Of a DNA stretch of 64,000 nucleotides, positions 12,001-21,632 are shown piece by piece. Where the stretch lies: assembly GCA_977017645.1 (NCBI GenBank), contig OZ360229.1, forward strand, positions 22,816,001 to 22,880,000, given 5' to 3'. Both the position numbers and the translations under genes were made by a program. Source of the stretch: Torpedo marmorata. Lineage: Eukaryota. Below the pieces are notes generated by a model that ran no database searches, was not told the DNA's origin, and saw only the letters and a list, made by a program, of their open reading frames with translations. Positions within the stretch are counted from its first letter, which is position 1; each line of letters starts with the position of its first letter.

Positions 12001-12926
12001 TCATAATATCTTTGTTTAGTTCTTTCAATTACTTTTTCCGTTTTATATGATTGCAATGTATTATAATACAATTTCTTTCCAATTAAATTCCTCCTTTTTT
12101 CTTCTGATTTTCTCTTTTGTAAATCTTTTTCCAAAAATTCAATCTCTTTCTCCAATTTATCTAATTCTTGAGTATATTCCTTCTTAACCTTTGCTGAATA
12201 ACTTATTATTTGACCTCTTAAATAAGCTTTTAAAGTATCCCAAATAATAAATTTATTATCCATTGAACTAGAATTAATCTGTAAAAATTCATGAATTTCT
12301 CTTCTTATATAATTACAAAAATCTGGTCTTTTCAATAACGAAGAATTAAATCTCCATCTATATGTCATTTTCTCTTTTTCCGGAATTATACAAGACATTA
12401 TTAAAGGGGAATGGTCAGAAATTATTCTTGCTTTATATTGTATTTCAGTAACTCTATCTTGTAAATGAGATGACAATAAAAACATATCAATTCTAGAATA
12501 AGAATCGTGTCTAAAAGAATAAAAAGAATAATCTTTTTCCTTTGGATTCGATTTTCTCCAAATATCAACTAAATTCAAGTCCTTCATCAAAGAAAGAATT
12601 CTCTTTGCAATTTTAGTTCTAACTATTGATTTGGATGTTTTATCTAGTATTGGATCTAAACAACAATTGAAATCCCCCCCAATTAAAATATTCTCATTTG
12701 CTTCTGATAAATGCAGAAAAGAATCTTGAATAAATTGTTCATCTTGATTATTTGGAACATATATATTCATAAGCGTCCACATTTCAGAATATATCTGGCA
12801 ATTTATTAAAGCATATCTTCCTGAAACATCTAATACCATTGACTGTAACTTAAAAGGTAATTTTTTATTAATTAAAATAGCAACTCCTTTTGCTTTAGAA
12901 TTAAATGAAGACGCAATCACTTGACC
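9005..12926 (-). mobile_element. L1-clade LINE 'C', near-complete ORF2, nested in 'B'
   Basis: Poly-A tail seen as a T-run at 9005. 40-bp TSD with 1 mismatch at 8965-9004 and 12927-12966. Confidence 0.92.
9303..12920 (-). CDS. L1-clade ORF2p: AP endonuclease, reverse transcriptase and C-terminal Cys-rich domain; uninterrupted 1205 aa, N-terminus truncated
   Basis: Endonuclease motifs GVAIL, GGDFN, SRIDMF, SDHSP. RT motifs LDAEKAFD, QGCPLSP, FADD, YLG. C-terminal motif CFRC...HSTWFC. Confidence 0.93.
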   Translation of the reverse strand: MIASSFNSKAKGVAILINKKLPFKLQSMVLDVSGRYALINCQIYSEMWTLMNIYVPNNQDEQFIQDSFLHLSEANENILIGGDFNCCLDPILDKTSKSIVRTKIAKRILSLMKDLNLVDIWRKSNPKEKDYSFYSFRHDSYSRIDMFLLSSHLQDRVTEIQYKARIISDHSPLIMSCIIPEKEKMTYRWRFNSSLLKRPDFCNYIRREIHEFLQINSSSMDNKFIIWDTLKAYLRGQIISYSAKVKKEYTQELDKLEKEIEFLEKDLQKRKSEEKRRNLIGKKLYYNTLQSYKTEKVIERTKQRYYELGERAHKVLAWQLKKEQTSRTINAVKKKNSKKITFKPREINDSFREFYLNLYKSQTDKGDSKVNAFLSKIKLPRLNIRSKEFLDSAFTMREVNEVLSSLANGKSPGEDGFSPEFYKEFKDLLIPPYMEVLKQITETHSLPETFSNAIITVIPKKDRDPLKTESYRPISLLNVDYKIMAKILANRLARYLPDLIHEDQAGFIKNRYSKDNIARLISLINVAQKREELSLVLSLDAEKAFDRLEWNYLFKVLEKFGFGTIFINWIKTIYKEPSARVVTNGQISSKFLLTRSTRQGCPLSPALFVLAIEPLAELIRQDIRIAGIKVGNEEHKINLFADDVLIYMTKPITSLIHLDVILREYGEISGYKINSDKSEIMALTQDDYSKCKEITQFKWSNEGIKYLGIKIDTKLANLYKLNYLPLFAKIKEDLESWKDLPITLLGRVNCIKMNIFPRIQYLFQSIPYEIPQKFFKDLNFIIRKFLWKGKLARVAMEKLTWNYELGGLQLPNFQNYYKAAQLWFINELFDLTKDSAWIRIELNNIGEDLKEEVIYKWNSKLILINGKNSPIFKHLLEIWNRLDKEIGAKGLISPNMPLYQNRLIPFAFNNQLFKIWFLKGIKKVNDCFEAGKFITFQRMKDKFNILNNTYFAYFQIKAFLVEKLGHNLVLPRQSEFELLVTNGGVNKFISQMYKLLQRKMPKVAIHKSRLKWELDLNVTIEEKHWKELCKLSMTKIINVRYRLVQYNFFHQLYLTPKKLKKFNPALSDMCFRCNGEEGSFVHSTWFCPKIQDFWFKVKEFLDKVLRNVLPMDPMIFLFGDIKRISIMMNLNMYQIEFLRIALAVAKKCIAITWKSDVDLGLERWHAELRSCIPLEKITYNLRNKYHFFSKIWSPYIKLVGLKIKI

Positions 12927-13675
12927 AACTATTATCAGGAAAGGAAATACTAAGAAATTTACTTCTATAGTATATTCCTTGCTACAGAGGGGAGCTCAAA
13001 AACGAGGACTTCATAAGTCCAGACAAAGATGGGAACAAGATCTTAATATTACAATTGATGAAAAAAGATGGTCGGATCTATGCTTGGATAGTATGACTAA
13101 TACTGTTAATGTAAGATATAGACTGGTACAGTACAACTTTTTACATCAAATATACCTCACACCACAAAAACTGAACAAGATGAACTCTGCAATACCAAAT
13201 AGATGTTTTAGATGTGGAGAAGAAGAAGGAACATTCTTACATTCAACGTGGTCATGTTCAAAAGTTAAAGTTTTTTGGACAGAGTTAGGAAACCGGTTAA
13301 AACAAGTTACAGGTGTTACATTTCCTCAAAACCCTGACTTGTTCTTATTGGGGAATGTAGAGGGAGCTAGACCAAAATTGAAACTATCTATATGGCAATT
13401 AAAATTCGTAAAAATTGCACTAGCAGTAGCTAGGAAATGTATAGCAGTGACTTGGAAATCGGATACAAATCTGAGTATGAATAGATGGAATTCAGAGATG
13501 CAGAGTTGTATCCCATTGGAAAAAATAACATACAGTATGAGGAATAAGTATGGACTCTTTTTACAAATTTGGCGTCCATTTATCCAACTATTAGGAATGA
13601 ATATTTAAATATGTTGCCCTACATCCCAGATCCCGCTGACTCTTTTAAGTTTAAATTTGAAGAATGAACATTGTT

Positions 13676-15207
13676 TTTTTTAAATATTTTATTTAAATTT
13701 TAAAATCACACATTACATAAAATAATTTTGCATATAATTCTTAAAAAATACATGTGATTACATTTTCTCCCCCCCTTCCCACCCTCCCCTCCCCAGCCCC
13801 TATATCCCCCTAATCTAAATTTAAAATAAAATAAAATAATAAAAGAAAAGAAAAGAAAAGATAGAAAAATAGAATGAGGAGTCAGTAAGTTTAAAAACTA
13901 ATATATCTTAGAGGTTATTTCGCCGACGGATCCGATTTCCAGAGAATTTACAATGTTAAACCCATAGTCCTCATATATGGGCCCCAAATTTTCAAAAAAG
14001 AATGATATTTATTTTGTAAATTATAAGTAATTTTTTCTAATGGTATACATGACCGTAACTCTGCATGCCATCGCTCTAGATTTAAATCAACATCCGATTT
14101 CCAAGTAATAGCTATACATTTTTTCGAAACTGCTAATACTATACGTAAAAATTCTACTTGATACATATTTAATCTATTTCTAATACTGAATTTTTTAATA
14201 TCTCCAAATAAAAATAACATAGGATCCATTGCAACTTCAACATTAAAAATTCTTTCTAAAAAATTCTTAACTTTCAACCAAAAATCTTGAATTTTTGGAC
14301 AAGACCATGTACAGTGTACAAACGATCCTATTTCAGTTTTACATCTAAAACACATATCTGATAACGCTGGATTAAATTTCTTCAATTTTTTAGGTGTCAA
14401 ATACAATTGATGAAAAAAGTTATATTGTACTAATCTATATCTCACATTAATGACTTTTATCATACTTAATTTACATAAATCTTTCCAATGATTTTCATCT
14501 ATATTAACATTCAAATCTAATTCCCATTTCAATCTAGACTTATGTACTCCTACTTTAGACATCTTTCTTTGAAACAACTTATACATTTGTGATATAAATT
14601 TATTAACATTGACTTTAGTAATTAATAATTCCAATTCATTTTGTCTTGGTACTGTTAATTCATTCCCTAATTTCTCAATCAAAAAAGCTTTAACTTGAAA
14701 ATAAACTAACATTGTATTATCTAATATATTAAATTTTTCTTTTAACCTCTGGAAAGTAATAAATCTATTATTAGGAAATTTTTATGGAAAGGAAAGTTGG
14801 CAAGAGTAAGTATAGATAAATTAACATGGAATTATGAGATGGGAGGGTTACAACTTCCCAATTTTCAACATTATTATAAAGTAGCTCAATTAAAATTTAT
14901 TAATGAATTCTTTGATTTAAATAAATCTTCTGCTTGGATTAATATAGAATTGAATAATATGGGAGAAACACATAAAGAAGATATTATTTATAAATGGAAT
15001 TCTAAATTATTATTACTTAAAAAGAAAAAAACACCAATTATTAAACATTTGTTGGAAATTTGGTCACAAGTAGACAAAGAGATAGGTCAAAAAGGATTAA
15101 TTTCTTTAAATACACCAATATATCAGAATCCGCTTTTACCATTTTCTATGGATAATCAGTTACTTAAGTTATGGTTTTTAAAGGGAATTAAGACATTAAA
15201 AGATTGT
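13676..15207 (-). mobile_element. L1-clade LINE 'D' (3' end, relative of 'C') with 5' inversion, nested in the 3' UTR of 'B'
   Basis: 20-bp TSD tttgaagaatgaacattgtt at 13656-13675 and 15208-15227. ORF2 C-terminus is on the minus strand (13948-14770) and the adjacent upstream ORF2 segment is on the plus strand (14771-15217). Confidence 0.9.
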
Positions 15208-15975
15208 TTTGAAGAATGAACATTGTTGAATTTCTTGCATCGAGCCATGGATATGTACAGATATATTTTCACTTGTTCTTTTCCCTTCTCTTTTCTTTTT
15301 TTAGTTCTAGTATGGGGAGGGGATAAGGGATGGGAAGGGTGGAGGATGGGTTGTTTTAGTAAGGGTGGGTTTAGATGGGGTTAGATTCATGGTAATACGA
15401 AATTCCTATGTATCGTACTTAACTAATGTTTACTGTGTATTTTACATTATTTTGTATTATTGTGAAAAATTTGAAAATCTTAAAATAAAATATTTTTAAA
15501 AATTTTTAAAAAAGCTATCGGTTATACTCAATGGCAAAGTTTGGGTATCCAATCTTTTCTAGATCTATATATTGACCAAAATCTTGCTTCTTTTGAACAA
15601 TTATCTATTAAATTTAAAATACCTAAACATCACTTATTTCGTTATTTCCAGATTAGGAGCTTCTTAAATTCTTTAATGCTGAAGCTTCCCCAGGACTTAG
15701 ATTTTAACCTTATTTGGGAAGTATATAATTTTAAACCTAATCATAAAGGATTGCTTTCTGCCCTTTATGAATTACTTCTAAGATCTAGGGATGGTTTCCT
15801 AGGTGGTATTAAGAAATTATGGAACAAGACTTTCAACAACCATTTGCTAAAACTACATGGGATTTTATTTTGAAACGTGTTCACTCATCTTCATTAATAC
15901 AATTTAACGTAGTCCATCGGGCACACTTTTCCAAGGTTCAGTTAGCTAAATTTTATCCTAACATTTCTTCTAAAT

Positions 15976-17952
15976 GTGATAAATGCCTTCTTCCTCTTCC
16001 TGGACACCCCGCCCTGGCCAGCTGCCCGCTCTGGACCTTTTTATTTCCAACTGCCGCCGAGACATCAACCGTCTCAACTTCACCACCCCCTCTCGTATTC
16101 CAACCTCACCTCCTCAGAACACTCTGCCCTCCACTCTCTCCGCAACAATCCCAACCTCACCATCAAACCCGCAGACAAGGGCGGTGCGGTTGTGGTCTGG
16201 CGCACTGACCTCTACCTTGCCGAGGTCAGTCGACAACTCTCAGACACCTCCTCCTACCGACCCCTCCCACAGGACCCCACCACAGCACATCAAGCCACTG
16301 TCTCCAACACCATCTCCGACCTCATCACCTACGGTCACCTCCCCTCCACGGCCACCAACCTCATTCTCCCCCACCCCCGCACTGCCCGTTTCTACCTTCT
16401 ACCCAAGATACACAAACCCAACCATCCGGGCAGACCCATTGTTTCTGCCTGCTCCTGCCCCACCGAACTAGTTTCATCTTACCTTGACTCCATCTTTTCT
16501 CCCCTGGTCCAATCCCTCCCCACCTACATCCGCGACACCTCACATGCCCTCCATCTCCTCAATGACTTCAGATTCCCTGAACCGGACCGCATCATCTTCA
16601 CCATGGATGTCCAATCCCTTTATACCTCCATCCCCCACACAGAAGGTCTGAAAGCACTTCGCTTCTTCTTGGACCAAAGACCCGACCAGTCACCCTCTAC
16701 CACCACCCTCCTCCGCCTGGCAGAACTTGTCCTTACTCTCAATAACTTCTCCTTCAACTCATCCCACTTCCTCCAAATCAAAGGAGTAGCCATGAGTACC
16801 CGCATGGGTCCCAGCTATGTCTGCCTGTTTGTGGGCTTTGTGGAGCAATCCATGCTGCAAGCCTACACAGGCAAGACCCCTCATCTCTTCCTCCGGTATA
16901 TCGATGACTACATCGGGGCTGCCTCATGCACCCACGATGAGCTTGTCAACTTCATCCACTTCGCATCCAACTTTCACCACGATCTCAAACTCACCTGGTC
17001 CATCTCCGATAACACTCTCCCCTTCCTGGATCTCTCTGTCTCCATCTCGGGAGACAAGCTTTCCACTGACATTTACTACAAACCCTCCAACTCCCACAAC
17101 TATCTGGACTACACATCCTCACACCCTGTCCCCTGCAAGGACTCCATCCCCTTCTCTCAATTTCTCCGCCTCCGCCGCATCTGTTCCCAAGATGAGGTGT
17201 TCCACTCCAGATCTTCTGAAATGTCTGCCTTTTTCCACAAACGTGGCTTCCCCTCCACCACCATCAACTCAGCCCTCACCCGCATCTCCTCCATTTCCCG
17301 CTCATCTGCCCTGTCCCCCTCTGCCCCCAGACGCAACAAACATAGAATACCCCTCATCCTCACCTACCACTCCACCAGCCTCCGCATCCAACACATTATC
17401 CGCCGGAATTTCCGGCACTTGCTGCAGGATCCCACCACCAGACACATTTTTCCTTCTCCTCCCCTCTCGGTCTTCCGTAGGGACCGCTCCCTCCGCGATT
17501 CACTCGTGCACTCGTCCCTCCCCACCCATCGCACCACCGGAACCTTCCCCTGTGCCCGCAGGAGGTGCAACACCTGCGCCCACACCTCCCCCCTCACCAC
17601 GGTCCAGGGCCCCAAACAGGCCTTCCAAGTGAAACTACACTTCACTTGTACATCCAGAGGACTTATTTACTGCATCCGGTGCTCCCTTTGTGGCTTTCTA
17701 TACATTGGAGAGACCGGTCGTAGATTGGGAGACCGCTTTGCTGAGCACCTCCTCTCCGTCCGCAACAACAGCGACCTCCCAGTAGCCAACCATTTCAATT
17801 CTGGGTCACACTCCCACACTCACATGTCTGTCCATGGCCTCATATACTATCCCACCCAGACTACCCACAAATTGGAGGAACAACATCTCATATTCCGTCT
17901 CGGCACTCTCCAGCCAGATGGAATTAACATTGACTTTTCTGCTTTCCACTAA
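15976..17952 (+). CDS. Penelope-like reverse transcriptase with GIY-YIG endonuclease (N-terminally truncated)
   Basis: Motifs IKPADKGGAVVV, LPKIHK, GRPIVS, MDVQSLYTSIP, GVAM, RYIDD and LPFLD. Endonuclease LIYCIRC..CGFLYIGETGRRLGDRFAEH and terminal GIN. The first residues of the ORF derive from flanking L1 or another frame. Confidence 0.9.
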   Translation: MINAFFLFLDTPPWPAARSGPFYFQLPPRHQPSQLHHPLSYSNLTSSEHSALHSLRNNPNLTIKPADKGGAVVVWRTDLYLAEVSRQLSDTSSYRPLPQDPTTAHQATVSNTISDLITYGHLPSTATNLILPHPRTARFYLLPKIHKPNHPGRPIVSACSCPTELVSSYLDSIFSPLVQSLPTYIRDTSHALHLLNDFRFPEPDRIIFTMDVQSLYTSIPHTEGLKALRFFLDQRPDQSPSTTTLLRLAELVLTLNNFSFNSSHFLQIKGVAMSTRMGPSYVCLFVGFVEQSMLQAYTGKTPHLFLRYIDDYIGAASCTHDELVNFIHFASNFHHDLKLTWSISDNTLPFLDLSVSISGDKLSTDIYYKPSNSHNYLDYTSSHPVPCKDSIPFSQFLRLRRICSQDEVFHSRSSEMSAFFHKRGFPSTTINSALTRISSISRSSALSPSAPRRNKHRIPLILTYHSTSLRIQHIIRRNFRHLLQDPTTRHIFPSPPLSVFRRDRSLRDSLVHSSLPTHRTTGTFPCARRRCNTCAHTSPLTTVQGPKQAFQVKLHFTCTSRGLIYCIRCSLCGFLYIGETGRRLGDRFAEHLLSVRNNSDLPVANHFNSGSHSHTHMSVHGLIYYPTQTTHKLEEQHLIFRLGTLQPDGINIDFSAFH

Positions 17953-18280
17953 ACCTGCTTGTTGTTCCCTTCCCCTCCCCCTCACCTGTCCTTCCTGTTT
18001 TTTTCCCACCCACCCAGCCATCCCTCCTCCCCCTCTGCTGCTGTCCCCTCCCTCCTTTCTCCACCTATCATCTCCTGCCTTTCCCACCCCCCTTCCCCCC
18101 TCACTCCTTTGTTCGGACGCCTGCCGGCATTTTCTCATACCTTGATGAAGGGCTCAAGCCTGAAACGTCGGTTATGTATTTCTACCTTTGCTACATAAAA
18201 GACACTGTTTGACCTGCTGAGTTCTCCAGCTTTTGTGTTTTTTACTTCAACCACGGTGTCTACAGATTTTCGTGTTTACT
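15986..18280 (+). mobile_element. Penelope-like element (5'-truncated) with 3' pseudo-LTR, nested in L1 'A'
   Basis: RT plus GIY-YIG ORF followed by a pyrimidine-rich tract and a terminal region shared with 52155-52490 and 31036-31223. The L1 frame (KCDKC...LYHMFW) flanks it. Confidence 0.9.
18136..18176 (+). ncRNA. Minimal type-I hammerhead-ribozyme-like motif in the Penelope pseudo-LTR
   Basis: Sequence catacc-TTGATGA-a-gggc-tcaa-gcct-GAA-acgt-C-ggttatg. Stem I is CAUACC/GGUUAUG, stem II is GGGC/GCCU, stem III is the palindrome ACGU, and the triplet is GUC. The core carries a C3U change. Confidence 0.6.
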
Positions 18281-18615
18281 TTGTATCATATGTTTTGGCT
18301 ATGTCCTTCTCTCTTTAATTTCTGGCAAGGGGTATTTCACACCTTATCATTAGTTATTAATATTAACTTGACTCCTAGCCCTTTCATTGCTATTTTTGGA
18401 GTGAGTGGCCAATGGATTTAATACTGACTGTTTCACAATTCCATGTAGTGGCTTTTGCTTCCCTAATTGCCAGATGGGCCATTTTGCTGAGATGGAAAGA
18501 TGTTGTCCCTCCCACTAATACTCAGTGGCTGTCGGATGTGAGGGCATGTCTGTCTCTAGAAAAAATTAGGTGTTCTACTACTGCAATGGATCTTAACTTT
18601 CTTTCTCTTTGGGGT

Positions 18616-18815
18616 CCAATAGCCTGAATACAACTGGGATTGTCTGATCTCGGAAGCTAAGCAGGCACAGGACTGGTCAGTACTTGGAGGGGAGACCGCC
18701 TAGGAACACCAGGTGCTGTAGGTTTCTGTGAGGGGCACTTTCCGGTAGACAAAAATTAAAGAATTTCATGTATGTTACATTCAAAATGTAGTATTACGTG
18801 ACAATAATGGAACCT
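18616..18815 (+). mobile_element. 5S rRNA-derived SINE (SINE3-like), with internal deletion
   Basis: gtctgatctcggaagctaagcagg...ggtcagtacttggaggggagaccgcctaggaacaccaggtgctgtaggttt resembles 5S rRNA including the A and C boxes. It is followed by a non-5S tail shared with 26804-27037. Confidence 0.85.
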
Positions 18816-19509
18816 AATTACTTTCAAAACGTGTAGATTAATTATCTTTGGTCTTTTTTTTAATGACCCCAGAGTTATTATTTGTAGAGGACTCCTTAAC
18901 TTGGCCAGCAAACCTCATAGGTTGGATTTTGATTCTTAGATTAGTAATATGTAGGGTTTTTTTTCTCTTTTTCTTTTTTCCATTAATAGCATGGGTTCAG
19001 ATGTATCTTATTCACTGTTATTTGATATTTGTGACTTGATATTAATTTACTTTATCATTATTACCATATGTAGCTATGTAGTTTGCATTTGTTAAAAGCA
19101 ATAAAAAGATTGAAAAAGAAAGATTAAATTAAAAGTAAATTAAACCTGTTCTCAATTGTTCTGGGCTTCCTCAGCCTCAAATGCTTCAAAGCAGCATAAC
19201 AGGACCTAATCTGGTGCAAAAACACTCAGAGCATCTGCGACCAGTTACTCCTCCTGCCGCTGATAAGACACCACTTGACGTATCTTGAACTTCTGATGTA
19301 CATTTGCAATGACAATTATAACCCAAGATATTTCCATCTGAAGAATAAAAAAATTGCCCATTTCTTGGGATGTTCTAAAAGCCTTTAAAACCCAGTGAAA
19401 TGTTTTCTTGAAATGTTGCCACTGTTGTAATGGAGGGGTGGGGGGGGAACACTGGCAACTACCATACAGAAGAGCAGGTCATTTGTTTTCAGTGCTGTTA
19501 GTCCTGAAA

Positions 19510-19880
19510 TGAGTCCCGCACTCTTGAGTCTTCACTTATCACCCTCCAGCTTCTGGCTCTATCTTCAGTCTCTACTCTACCATCTGGATCCTTCTGCCCC
19601 TTTTATGTTCCTTCTTTGTCTGTTTCCACCTATTACTTTCAGCTTCTACTCCTCAACGTGACCCTCCTCCCCCACCTGGTTCCATCTGCCCATCATCCCT
19701 CACTCCACCTATCACCTACCAGCCCCTGCCTCATTCCTAAGCCTCTCCACTTCATACTGGCCATCTTCCCACTACACTGTCAGTCCTGATGCAGGGTCTC
19801 GACCCAAAACGTTAACCATTCCTTTCCCTCCACCAGATGCTTTCTGATCTGTCGAGTTCCTCCAGCAGTTTATATTTTTC
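19510..19880 (+). mobile_element. Old Penelope-type pseudo-LTR remnant
   Basis: Pyrimidine-rich tract followed by cctgatgcagggtctcgacccaaaacgtt and gagttcctccagca. Confidence 0.55.
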
Positions 19881-19969
19881 TGCACCAATGGCAATTCCCT
19901 ATTATCATTTGATGTGGGATGGATTCACAATTTGAAGCCCTGCACACTTGTGACCCACTCTCTCACCAA

Positions 19970-20318
19970 CCTGGAAAAAGGTACAGGAGCCTAAAGACGA
20001 GCACTCAACGGCACAAGGTCAGCTTCTTCCCTGCTGCCATCAGATTGCTGAATAATCAATGAACCAAAGACACTGGGTCCCAGCTACGCCTGCCTGTTTG
20101 TGGGCTTTGTGGAGCAATCCATGCTGCAAGCCTACACAAGCAAGACCCCTCGTCTCTTCCTTACTTCAACCAAAGACACTGCCCTACTTTGCGTGCACTA
20201 TTATTTATATTTTTATAGTAATGTCGTAAGATGGTAATAATATGAATGTTTGCACTATGATGCTGCTGCAAAACACCGAATTCCATGACTTGTTCAAGAC
20301 AATAAATTCTGATTCTGA
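19970..20318 (+). mobile_element. Rex1/Babar LINE 3' end interrupted by a 92-bp Penelope-derived insert
   Basis: Near-identical to the 3' end at 62515-62752. The insert 20076-20167 is flanked by aaccaaagacactg. Confidence 0.8.
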
Positions 20319-21299
20319 CATCTGTCTGCTCATGGGCTATAGCCCTCCTTTTCCTGCCTGTCTAAATGCCTCTTAAATATTGCTATTGTATCTGTTTCCA
20401 CTACTTATGCTGGCACCTACCACTCATGTGTGAAAAAACTTGCCTCTCCATTAAACTTTCCCCTCTTATCTTAAAGCTAACTCTCTAGTATTTGACATTT
20501 CCACCCTGGGAGAAAAAGTCTATCTACCCTACATCTTTCATGATTTTATTGATTTCATAAGAGTATGGAGAATAGAACTTTCCAGATCAAGGTGAATAGA
20601 TTTATTTTGCTTAGTAAGAATGTCAAAGAATTATGGTAAGTGAAGTTTAACCACGTTCTAATTGACTGGCAGTACAGATCAAAAGGAATAAGGTCTTAAA
20701 GCTCTTCTGCATCTAAATTGAGAAAAATGCAGCAATGTTTCATTCAACAGTGCAGTAAACAGTAAGGCTTCAGAAGAAGTGCCAATATGAGAAGCAGGTT
20801 AGACATTACCAGACTTGAAAGTTCAAAGATCACCTATCAAAGGTGAACAAGGTGCAGATAAATACTCCACAAAGAGCAGCACACATTCAGCTGCCTTCAC
20901 CTTCTCCGTGTCATAACTTCCTATTATTCCAGAGGTTGAGGCCAATTGTCCCATCACAACATGCCAGAAGTTTTGTGTCTTCATCCTTGCAGGGAAAATT
21001 ATCCCCAGTTCACCTCTAATACTGCTAAAATGTGTCCATTATTTCCAGAAGGAAGTTGACTACTTATCCACTCTCTTTGGGTCTCTCAAAATTTCACACA
21101 CCTCAGTGAAAGCTCTCCTCAGACTCCTCTTTAATGTACATCTTAAAAACAATTTTTGGCCAACTCTTTGGTCACCTACCCCAATATTTTCTTGTGCAAG
21201 ATTTTATTTAGCAACACTGTAATATGCTTTGGGACATGGCCCAGCCTGAGCAATGCCAATCTAAACCTTCCCCCCCCCCCCCCCCCACCCTCCATCCAG

Positions 21300-21632
21300 A
21301 ATCATAAACAGGCCTTCAAGGCAGAGTTTCACATGCACCTCCTCCAACCTAGTCTACTGTATTTGGTGCTCTCGCTATGACTTCCTCTAAATCGGTGAGA
21401 TCAAACACAGGTTGGGTGATCACTTAGTCAAGCACCTGCATGCATCAGTTAGAACTCCCGGTTGCCACTCATTTTAATCCCTCTACCCATTCCCACACAG
21501 ACCTGTGTGTTATCGGCCTCATCCACTGCCACGATGAGGCCAAATGCAAACTTGGAAGAACAGCACATCATATTCCACCTAGATTGCTTACAATTTGATG
21601 GCATGAACACTGACATTTCCAATTTCAATCAC
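21300..21632 (+). mobile_element. Degenerate Penelope GIY-YIG fragment
   Basis: Encodes KQAFK... and LEEQHIIFHLDCLQFDGMNTDISNF, homologous to the C-terminus of 15976-17952. Confidence 0.75.

Larger units (their letters stand above)
7213..15515 (+). mobile_element. L1-clade LINE 'B' (5'-truncated ORF2 plus 3' UTR) nested in 'A'
   Basis: TSD tatcggttatactc at 7199-7212 and 15516-15529. RT motifs KAPGEDG, YRPISLLN, LDAEKAFD, QGCPLSP and FADD at 7260-9004. C-terminal Cys-rich domain at 12967-13608; A-rich tail near 15500. Confidence 0.88.
4862..19120 (+). mobile_element. L1-clade LINE 'A' (5'-truncated, 5'-inverted), host of several nested insertions
   Basis: 16-bp TSD agattaaattaaaagt at 4846-4861 and 19121-19136. 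Inverted RT segment at 4862-~5680 (QGCPLSP on minus strand). Collinear ORF2 pieces at 5684-5884, 6750-7212, 15530-15985 and 18281-18615, then a 3' UTR with aataaa and an A-rich tail. Confidence 0.85.

Noticed and set aside
15983-17632. Pro/Ser/Thr-rich alternative-frame ORFs (162 and 271 aa)
   Set aside because: They are a by-product of the C-rich, stop-poor Penelope coding strand and show no independent motifs.
18616-18725. Functional 5S rRNA gene
   Set aside because: The 5' end is missing or diverged, many substitutions are shared with a dispersed second copy, it is fused to a common tail, and it is inserted inside an L1. A SINE explains it better.
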